Source of the DNA: Candidatus Hermodarchaeum yapensis
GTDB taxonomy: Archaea; Asgardarchaeota; Hermodarchaeia; Hermodarchaeales; Hermodarchaeaceae
Direction: 5' to 3'
Length of the DNA stretch: 51,649 bases
Assembly (NCBI GenBank): GCA_016840405.1
Contig: JAEOSK010000019.1
Coordinates: 1-51,649, forward strand
In this document: positions 9,402 through 16,416 of the stretch, in pieces
Position numbering within the stretch: the first letter of the stretch is position 1
Layout: every line of letters begins with the position of its first letter
Notes under the pieces: generated by a model
What the model was told of the DNA's origin: nothing
Databases searched by the model: none
The model's input: only the letters and a program-made list of their open reading frames with translations
Program-made: the position numbers and the translations under genes

Positions 9402-10616
9402 CTAAAGACGCATTGTCCAATCATATTTTCGAAGCCCTAATGCGATTGTGACAGTAAGAAGCTGAATACCTGACTTACCACGAATTTGCGAATCCAAAAA
9501 TGCGTTCAGGGCATCACGCATTGGAAAACTAACCAGCAGTATGAGATTCTGGCGCTCACCGGTTTCCATTACAAGCTTCACTTCTTCAACTGCCCGCATA
9601 GCCTCGGTGAACTTCGTTAGCTGATTGGCTTCAACCTCCAATTGGATTAGCCCGAAGACATCCATGCCCACTCGCTGAGGATCAATTATCGTGCTAAACC
9701 CCTTGATTGTGTTATTTTGCTCCAGTCGGGCAACTCGACTCCGAATCGTTGCGTCACTAACCTTTAACCGACGAGACACATTCCGAAATGATAACCGCGC
9801 GTCCTGTTGCAGCAGGTTCAGGATCCGTCGATCCATCTCATCGAGATCAGCCCGGTGCTTTCGGCGTGATGGTTTTTCTGCTTCTGGTGTAGGATGATAT
9901 CCCAGATAATGAATGATGTCCCCACGATGTGCCATATTCAACCGATAGACATACAATGCCCGCCCTTTCATCTCAGAAGCTGAGGAGATAGCTTTGCATT
10001 GAAAACACCGAAACATCAGCCGCGGTTGGGCACTAATTGTGTTACAATTAAGACAATTGAAACCTAATTCCACTTTGTAGTCCTGTTGTTCGCCCTCCAA
10101 CGACTGCCCACAGGAGGGACACACCAGTTTTTTCCCCTTAGATTCAAATTCGCTTCGTGGAGCAACATGACCACAGGAAAAGTGTTCAATCATCGAATGC
10201 TGAACTAGACGACCACCCGAACACTTCAGACATTGATATTGGGGATGTAAATCCGGGGACTCACATTGCCGACACGCAAAAATGGTTTCCACCAGTTCCC
10301 CCTCAAGGAGGCCTGCCCGGTGAAGCTGTTCCAGTTTATCCACAGTTCCTTGGGCATCAGCTTCCAAGGTGAGTTCTGCCTCAGGATAGCGAAATCCATA
10401 GGAGGTCGATGAATCCAAAACGGGCTGCAATTCGACCAGGCTTCCGTCAAGCAATTGCTTGATTAACAGCCAGGCTCCTCGGTCTTCCAGTACAGAGGGT
10501 TGAAACGTCACAAGTCCACCCGCTTCCGTTGCATGTCCCAACAATCCTCTCGTTCGGGTGTTGATATGCTTTACTCTTATCACGAAACACCCAATCTTCA
10601 CAACCGCTTTCCACAA
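9402..10616 (-). CDS. TackOD1-like Zn-ribbon domain fused to a C-terminal Lrp/AsnC regulator; real start probably GTG 10510
   Basis: GFRYPEAE...L..L...GLL followed by six CxxC/HxxC pairs. C-terminal LDEMDRRILNLLQQDARLSFRNVSRRLKVSDATIRSRVARL is an AsnC HTH, followed by a RAM domain. SD-like GGGTGG precedes GTG 10510. Confidence 0.85.
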   Translation of the reverse strand: MWKAVVKIGCFVIRVKHINTRTRGLLGHATEAGGLVTFQPSVLEDRGAWLLIKQLLDGSLVELQPVLDSSTSYGFRYPEAELTLEADAQGTVDKLEQLHRAGLLEGELVETIFACRQCESPDLHPQYQCLKCSGGRLVQHSMIEHFSCGHVAPRSEFESKGKKLVCPSCGQSLEGEQQDYKVELGFNCLNCNTISAQPRLMFRCFQCKAISSASEMKGRALYVYRLNMAHRGDIIHYLGYHPTPEAEKPSRRKHRADLDEMDRRILNLLQQDARLSFRNVSRRLKVSDATIRSRVARLEQNNTIKGFSTIIDPQRVGMDVFGLIQLEVEANQLTKFTEAMRAVEEVKLVMETGERQNLILLVSFPMRDALNAFLDSQIRGKSGIQLLTVTIALGLRKYDWTMRL

Positions 10617-10628
10617 AAAGTGGAAAGC
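10606..10628. promoter_or_regulatory. Perfect palindrome, candidate operator
   Basis: GCTTTCCAC-AAAAA-GTGGAAAGC (9-bp arms, A-rich centre) upstream of the Lrp-fusion gene. Confidence 0.5.
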
Positions 10629-10890
10629 TTAAAAGACGACACAGAACCGCGCATCCGCGCAGAAACTAATTACAAAATTCACGTTTTTCTCTCAAGTATC
10701 TTGATTTAACTATGCAATTGCGTAGTTTTTTACCGCGGAACTACGCACGCTCCGTCTCCAAAGAATAGTACTTAGAGACACAGATACCGGGAAGCAACCT
10801 GGACGAGAATCGGCGGTCTCCGATGGCTCAAAAACCCACCCGGGAAGCACTCCCAAATTCCTGTCCCTCCCAAACTCCTCCCATAAAAAT

Positions 10891-11168
10891 CCGTTGTCCG
10901 AACCTCAAAAAAGCTCCTTTTATGAGCCACGGAGACCCGATCCCCGTCCGATCGTATGTAAAACGCCCCCCCACGGGGATGGCAACTGGTGGTGTTTTTA
11001 TACCTTTTTATGGACAACACAGGTGTCGCCGTCAGTTGGACGGAGACCCTAAACGCCTGTCAAGAGCCAGGAGGTGACAGCCCCTTTAGCGGGGCAGTGC
11101 CTGGCGATGAAGCAGGAACCGAACACCATCAGGCGAAATGTCCTAGTTGGGTAAGTTTCGGGCAACGG
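10891..11168 (+). mobile_element. Non-autonomous IS607-family derivative (MITE-like) without tnpA/tnpB
   Basis: Ends in GTAAGTTTCGGGCAACGG, resembling IS607 right ends. 10891-10907 is a 14/17 inverted repeat of 11152-11168. The left boundary is uncertain. Confidence 0.5.
10995..11004 (+). promoter_or_regulatory. TATA box for the omegaRNA-like transcript
   Basis: TTTTTATACC lies ~25 nt upstream of the structured RNA start (~11021-11028). Confidence 0.55.
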
Positions 11169-11238
11169 TAAAAGGGGAATGACCACAGGAAGGCTACCCT
11201 CGCATTTTGTGGTTGGGCACCTCCTTACCATTTTTTTT
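11021..11238 (+). ncRNA. IS607-type TnpB omegaRNA-like scaffold (to 11168) plus 3' guide/tail ending in T8
   Basis: Motifs in order: CCGTCAGTTGGACGG hairpin, AAACGCCTGT, GCCAGG/CCTGGC stem, GATGAAGCAGGAACCGAACACC, terminal stem ending AACGG. This order matches what I recall for IS607 tnpB 3' ends. T8 tract at 11231-11238. Confidence 0.75.
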
Positions 11239-11305
11239 ATCGTGAAAAAATATAAGCGCCCGTGAACCTCATGTGAAGTCAACGGGCGAAGCATCATAAA
11301 TCTGC

Positions 11306-12019
11306 TTAGGAACTCACTATTACAAAGTAAATGCTTAGAATGATTAGAATCCCTGCGACGATGATTAGTCCGTAGGTAAAGAGTATGAAAGGCGCAGTAT
11401 ATTGAACAAGAGCCATTAGAATTAGCCCAATGAACCAGAGAGTTTGACCAATCATGGCAATCCAAGTCCACGTTTTTGCCATACCCTGTCGAGCTTGCGC
11501 AATGCGATAGAGGACAATGAGCGGTATCAAGAGTAAATAGAAGATGGCAAGGAAACCGCCATAAGCGACAAGTGTAAACGGCATCGCTAGAAAATTCATA
11601 ACTCCATCAGATACGATTGTGACAGTGGCCGGTGTAGGAAGAATCCATACGAGTGCAAGAAAGGTAAGCGTACCTATGATGGGAAGAAAAATCGCCCAAA
11701 TCCGTCTCTTGAAAAATGGAAGACCAAGCATATACATTACCAAGAAGAAACCATGTAACCCAATAAAGCTCCAAGCGCCAAGATACGTTGGTAAGAGTTG
11801 ATCAACCGTTGCAGCAGCTGGCAAAACGTACATTGAGATAGCTAAGACCATAAAAGTTAGAAAAGCAAAGAAAGCACCCAGAAACAAGTTGTATAATGTA
11901 CAACTAGGCTCCTCGCTTCTAAGAGCCAAAATCAAGGCTATTAGAGAACCAAGGAGTGTAAGAACGCAGATTATGATAACTAGTCCAAAATGTAATGGTG
12001 TTTCAGCAATGTAGAGCAT
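11306..12019 (-). CDS. Stand-alone 7-TM membrane protein (HisKA_7TM-like sensor without kinase domain)
   Basis: Seven hydrophobic helices, beta-hairpin-like loop between TM4 and TM5, no cytoplasmic output domain. Confidence 0.65.
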   Translation of the reverse strand: MLYIAETPLHFGLVIIICVLTLLGSLIALILALRSEEPSCTLYNLFLGAFFAFLTFMVLAISMYVLPAAATVDQLLPTYLGAWSFIGLHGFFLVMYMLGLPFFKRRIWAIFLPIIGTLTFLALVWILPTPATVTIVSDGVMNFLAMPFTLVAYGGFLAIFYLLLIPLIVLYRIAQARQGMAKTWTWIAMIGQTLWFIGLILMALVQYTAPFILFTYGLIIVAGILIILSIYFVIVSS

Positions 12020-12229
12020 TCCAAGGAACCCTCCAGCATGCCATCCTTTTGTTTTTGTTTATAAACACTTACTTTTGTGTGCGTTTTATTTGTCATATAT
12101 ATAGCCACTAGGCTCACTCTAAAAGACAACGCGTCCATATGGTTAGAGTATCCAGAAACTCCATGTCTCGCGGGCATAACTTTTTTCCGATTCTAATCTG
12201 TTTTCCGGAAAAAACTCCAGCACCTAAAG

Positions 12230-12244
12230 GAAAGCATTTTAAAT
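12230..12244 (+). promoter_or_regulatory. BRE/TATA promoter
   Basis: GAAAGCATTTTAAAT has the same GAAAG + T/A-box layout as the promoters at 1584 and 16385. Confidence 0.55.
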
Positions 12245-12265
12245 TCAGTACACCAATAACACCCT

Positions 12266-12533
12266 GGAATATAGGGAGTTCCCGAGGTGGAATAGAGCAC
12301 AACTCAACACCCCCTACCGTTGAGAAGGCAACCTATCTCCCCTCACCGCAAATCACCATATTTCACCATAGGACTCACAACGACGTGAAAACGAGGAACA
12401 CCATCGGCGACAGGAATCGGGGTATCCTTCCCTGTGTCTTTCATTCCCCTCTCCCCCTCTCCTCCTTTATGTCCTCGTTCTGGACGCCCCGTTCCCGCTA
12501 TAGGGTGACGCACCCTGCGTCACCCGTTTTTTT
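12266..12533 (+). ncRNA. Candidate structured small RNA (~265 nt), family unknown
   Basis: Flanked by a promoter and a terminator. Stems CTCAAC/GTTGAG, AACGAGGA/TCCTCGTT and TATAG/CTATA. C-rich repeats; no convincing ORF. Confidence 0.5.
12503..12533 (+). terminator. 10-bp perfect hairpin plus T7
   Basis: GGGTGACGCA-CCC-TGCGTCACCC-G-TTTTTTT. Confidence 0.7.
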
Positions 12534-12611
12534 GGCTTAATCCTTTAACGCAATATTTGTCATTGGAGTGGATTGTGAAACCTAGTTCTGATTCACAACC
12601 AGTTTGTGTTA

Positions 12612-14033
12612 TTACTTGGACGGTTCTTTCCATTGTTGTGCCGTTGCATTCCATAGAGTAACGGTTGAAAGTGCAGGTTCTTGGGGAATATCGCGTTTGA
12701 ATCGTAGAACCGAGACAGTTCGGATATCAGAGAAGTTCAGGAGTGTCCGGGTGAGTTGTTTCATTAGACTGGCCCCGCCACTAGAAATCCCGATGAAGAT
12801 TATGGCTCCTTTATTCGTAGGGTATAACCGACTCATTGTGTATTGGGAGATGAGTTGATGAAAAGTTGGCAGAATAACCTCATCACTTTGAGTAATGATA
12901 CAGATGATATCGTCAAAGGTAAGGCGACTGAAGGCTACAGACGGGAAAAGGGTTTTCATTTTCTTGAGTTGCCGTTCATGTTTCCAGACTGTTTTTTCTG
13001 CTAGTGGAAAACCGTATTTGGACAGCAGGTGTGTTCGTTCTTTTTTTGTTAGCAGAGCTTCACTGAGTGTTAAGGCGAGAAGCCAGTCTGCTGGGTTAAA
13101 TGTGATTGAATCTTGGCTGTAATCAAATCCTCGAAGAGGTGGGAATTGTTCTCCATGATGGTCTATGAACTGCGCAAGTCCTTCAGTTTGTACATCTGAT
13201 AAGATTCGCCATTGCTGTGAAACATGATTATAATAATCAAAGCTGATGTGTGAATAGTATCCTTTGATTTGATGGATATCAGAAGTGACGAAGAACTGTT
13301 CTCGAATATTTTCTAGTAAACGATGAATGGTCCTGATCCATGAACTCTGGTTGGGGGAGTAAAATAAGAGACAACCATCTTGATTATTAACATCCCATCC
13401 GCAACCTAACAGAAAGGGAAGCTGATTTTCCCTCAAAGCTTTAGTGCGAATCCAGGTATCAAAAGCTTGAGTGGCTTCGATAGACTTGGTTCGAAAAAGA
13501 ATACAATATTGTATGAGTCCAAACCGTTGTGGGTCCAATATTGATGCGTTTCGGATTCCGTATTGGGAAAACAATTGTTGCTTTTCGCGTTTCATTATTC
13601 GTGGACTAATTCCTAAGATGTTAGCTAGCGCTACTGAACCAATTTCAGGATTCAGTTGTTGGGTTGTGAGAAATTCGGTCTGTCGTCGATTCAGTTTTAG
13701 TGGAGATGGTGGAAGAAGCCCTGCGGTTAATAATTCTATAGCTCTATCTCCATCAGCTAGTCCAAAGCTAGCTAAGCGATGAAGTCGAAATTCCAATTCC
13801 GTTCCCAATTCATAAGACAATGGTTGATGTCTAATACCAACTAATGGATAATCACGAACGTCCGAATCCGCTATTTCTGATGCCCCGAGAAAAACTCGAT
13901 TTAGATATAGGATAATTTGAGCTAGCACTAGCTTGAGTTGAACTTTGTTCTGATCTTGAACGTTTTCTACAATATTTTCCGTAAGTCTCCGCCAAGACTC
14001 AAGTTGACTTGACATTCCGATTCCGTCGTTCAA
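12612..14033 (-). CDS. Putative transcription regulator with tandem (winged-helix + Lrp/RAM-like) modules; start may be ATG 14015
   Basis: wHTH 'LNRRQTEFL...NPEIGSVALANILGISPRIMKREKQQL', 'LDPQRFGL', 'FDYY....QW' and a second wHTH 'EKTVWKHERQLKK'. Paralog of 14727-16154. Confidence 0.65.
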   Translation of the reverse strand: MNDGIGMSSQLESWRRLTENIVENVQDQNKVQLKLVLAQIILYLNRVFLGASEIADSDVRDYPLVGIRHQPLSYELGTELEFRLHRLASFGLADGDRAIELLTAGLLPPSPLKLNRRQTEFLTTQQLNPEIGSVALANILGISPRIMKREKQQLFSQYGIRNASILDPQRFGLIQYCILFRTKSIEATQAFDTWIRTKALRENQLPFLLGCGWDVNNQDGCLLFYSPNQSSWIRTIHRLLENIREQFFVTSDIHQIKGYYSHISFDYYNHVSQQWRILSDVQTEGLAQFIDHHGEQFPPLRGFDYSQDSITFNPADWLLALTLSEALLTKKERTHLLSKYGFPLAEKTVWKHERQLKKMKTLFPSVAFSRLTFDDIICIITQSDEVILPTFHQLISQYTMSRLYPTNKGAIIFIGISSGGASLMKQLTRTLLNFSDIRTVSVLRFKRDIPQEPALSTVTLWNATAQQWKEPSK

Positions 14034-14365
14034 TACCCGCTCGTTACTCCCTTTAAATATAAGCTGGATGAGAAAAAATGGTACTAATCCCCCTCTTCTT
14101 TGACAAATTTCGTCAATCCTGCCTTCCTTCTTGACCTATTACGCCTTTATTTACCTTCAAAATTCCCGAACAACCAATTAAAAACGAGTTTTATCTAATC
14201 CACGCCCACACCTGACATTTCCACTAGAAAACATTTCTCAGACGCTCCCAATTCCTTCTTTATAAGGGTCGTTTATACATCTTCAGTTGGAGAGGAAAAA
14301 TACCACCCTGGTATGCTCCTCCATACCATAGCACATGAACTATCAAAATCGAATAGGGAATAACC

Positions 14366-14632
14366 GTGAAAACTGAATCAGCTCCCCCAAACCCGCTACG
14401 TAGCGCACCAAAAATTGCCCTCAAACTGAATGATCAGCTTTCCGAAGGAAAGGTCCGCTACTTGTACATTAACCGCTACTCAGAACAAGAAATTTCCCGC
14501 CAACTTGCAGCCATTTGTCAACTATTCCTCCTGGCACTATCACGGGACTTTGGTATCCATTCACCCAAGGATATCACCATTGAGCCATCCGATACCGGGG
14601 GAGTCAAACTAAGAATCATCGGGCGTGATTAG
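14366..14632 (+). CDS. Small hypothetical protein (88 aa), divergent from the regulator
   Basis: TATA-like CTTTATAAG at 14258-14266, AGGGA before GTG, globular alpha/beta-looking sequence, downstream hairpin. Confidence 0.65.
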   Translation: MKTESAPPNPLRSAPKIALKLNDQLSEGKVRYLYINRYSEQEISRQLAAICQLFLLALSRDFGIHSPKDITIEPSDTGGVKLRIIGRD

Positions 14633-14639
14633 GCACCTA

Positions 14640-14690
14640 ACACCCAGAACAAAGGGGCATTCATCCCACCTGAATGCCCCGCCTGGGTGT
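14640..14690. terminator. Extended hairpin between convergent genes
   Basis: GGGGCATTCA-TCCCACC-TGAATGCCCC with outer ACACCCAG/CTGGGTGT arms. Confidence 0.6.
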
Positions 14691-14726
14691 AACACCAGAC
14701 AATACTTCAACTAAAAAAAGCGTTGA

Positions 14727-16154
14727 TTAGATTTCCTCATCTGCAAATTCCCAATATTGACGTTTCTCATTCCATCGTTCGTATAAATTCTGCTGAAGCC
14801 CACTTCCCACATTCCGTTCTTGATGAATCACTAATAAATCTTCAATTTCGAAAATCTCTGGTATATCTCGGATCAATTTGTGAATAAACCCCCTCCACCC
14901 TGTTGGGCGTTTTAAAAAAATTGCTACACCTTGTATTGTGTCATACGTGAATGCCGCCGGAAAGAAAGATCCAAGCAATTGGAGTTGTTTTTTGACATCA
15001 GGTTTACAGTAGATGCTAAGACAGATGAATTCTTCAAATCCCGCACCGCTGAAATATAGCATGGGTGAAATAACGGCTTCCTTCTTCAACCGATTGAGAT
15101 GGACCCAAATTGCGTTCTTTGAAAAATGCCATCCATAACTTTCAAGAAACTCCTGTAAATCGGCGAGAGTATGTTGTGGACCAATCGCCATATTTGCTAA
15201 AAGATAATCACTTCGGCTGAATGAAACCGGGGATTGTAAGTCGACGTAATTACAATACGAGATGGTTGGAAATCTCTTTTCTTCAGGCTTGGGTATCTCA
15301 GAGAGATTTTCCAGTTCAGAAGGAATCCGCCACTGACCAACTGTGTGATCATACAGGTCAAACCGCATGTTCCAATACATTTCGAGAACTTGATGCAAAT
15401 GAACCTGATCCATATAGGTTCGATCAATCTGCTGGACTCGATCTTCAAACAGTCGATGAGCACGCTGTTGGGTTGGAATAGCGTATGTTATGAATCCATA
15501 ACGATAGGACACATCAAATACTAATGATGTCAGAAATGGTGGTTGCGTTTGCTGGACCCATGCTTCGAATTCTTGTGAGGCTTCAAAGGATTGTGTACGA
15601 AAAACGAGACTAAAGATTGTGAGTTTCAGTTTTCCACGATTTTCTGAATATAATCTCCGAAGGCCAATATCATTTTCCAGTCTTTTGATGGTGTTTGTAA
15701 CAACATATCGAGATTTTTTTACTCGGGTCGCAAGGCGAGAACTACTAATCAGTGGTTCTTCGGCAAGAATGTTAAGAATAGATATTTCGTCTTTAGTTAG
15801 CGATCTGTGAGAAGTTCTTTCTAAGCCATAAAGAAGTATTTCTTGAATACGTGACACTGAACGAATGCGGTATTCTTCGAGAATTCGGATACGATCCCGT
15901 AAGGATTCGGCAATTTCTGTGGAGATTGCGAGTTTCAAAAATTGGAGTTTTGGATGACTATTGTAGGTTTTTTCCTCTCGAGTCAGATCATCTGTTTCAA
16001 CGCGTTTGATGAAGAGGATTGCACTATAGAGTAGGCGACAAGTGTCGTCTTGTTCTGCTTTTGGTTTTACCCTCGAAACAATTCGATCTGCGATTTTTCG
16101 TAAAGGGTGGTCAATCACTCCCACCATATTGTTAACTCTGATGCTTCCACACAA
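14727..16154 (-). CDS. Putative transcription regulator with tandem (winged-helix + Lrp/RAM-like) modules; start probably ATG 16127
   Basis: wHTH 'LTKDEISILNILAEEPLISSSRLATRVKKSRYVVTNTIKRL', 'FDLYD....QW' and a second wHTH 'KNAIWVHLNRLKKE'. Same length and architecture as 12612-14033. Confidence 0.7.
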   Translation of the reverse strand: MCGSIRVNNMVGVIDHPLRKIADRIVSRVKPKAEQDDTCRLLYSAILFIKRVETDDLTREEKTYNSHPKLQFLKLAISTEIAESLRDRIRILEEYRIRSVSRIQEILLYGLERTSHRSLTKDEISILNILAEEPLISSSRLATRVKKSRYVVTNTIKRLENDIGLRRLYSENRGKLKLTIFSLVFRTQSFEASQEFEAWVQQTQPPFLTSLVFDVSYRYGFITYAIPTQQRAHRLFEDRVQQIDRTYMDQVHLHQVLEMYWNMRFDLYDHTVGQWRIPSELENLSEIPKPEEKRFPTISYCNYVDLQSPVSFSRSDYLLANMAIGPQHTLADLQEFLESYGWHFSKNAIWVHLNRLKKEAVISPMLYFSGAGFEEFICLSIYCKPDVKKQLQLLGSFFPAAFTYDTIQGVAIFLKRPTGWRGFIHKLIRDIPEIFEIEDLLVIHQERNVGSGLQQNLYERWNEKRQYWEFADEEI

Positions 16155-16384
16155 AAAGTTGATTCTTGTAGTGATTGCCGAGAGAAAATTGCTAAGAAGT
16201 GAAATATAATTTACAGTTTTCTCATGACTTCTTGGCTAAAATGATGAAAAAACGTCATTTACCGCTTGAATCCAAAAAAACGCCCCAAATCGCATTAGTT
16301 TGGGTACTTAGTAGAATGAAATCGTAGTAATACGCTCTTACTGTCTTTAACTCCCATTTTTCTTCGCTTTAAATCAAATCGATT

Positions 16385-16398
16385 GAAAGTTTTACAAA
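16385..16398 (+). promoter_or_regulatory. BRE/TATA promoter for a near-leaderless small ORF
   Basis: GAAAGTTTTACAAA lies ~25 nt before ATG 16417. Confidence 0.55.
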
Positions 16399-16416
16399 AC
16401 ACAATCGTGTGATTAT

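Noticed and set aside
11211-11230. CACCTCCTTA resembling the 16S rRNA 3' end
   Set aside because: No other rRNA sequence around it; explained as one arm of the tail hairpin.
10772-11471. ORFs 10772-11020, 10823-11077, 10989-11171 and 11049-11471
   Set aside because: Low-complexity translations of structured DNA with no protein motifs; they overlap the RNA elements.
10740-12540. RNase P RNA or SRP RNA as identity of the GC-rich intergenic structures
   Set aside because: No GAGGAAAGUCC/ACAGAA P4 motifs and no SRP helix-8 CAGG-GGAA-AGCA motif; the first element fits an IS607 right end better.
12139-12540. 133-aa plus-strand ORF and a 33-aa minus-strand ORF (MKDTGKDTPIP...)
   Set aside because: The long ORF starts upstream of the promoter, runs through the terminator and has P/S/T-biased composition. 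The short one has no evident minus-strand promoter, though it is not fully excluded.
12612-16154. The two ~470-aa proteins as TnpB/TldR partners of the omegaRNA
   Set aside because: No RuvC motifs or C-terminal CxxC zinc ribbon; they look like wHTH/Lrp-like proteins.
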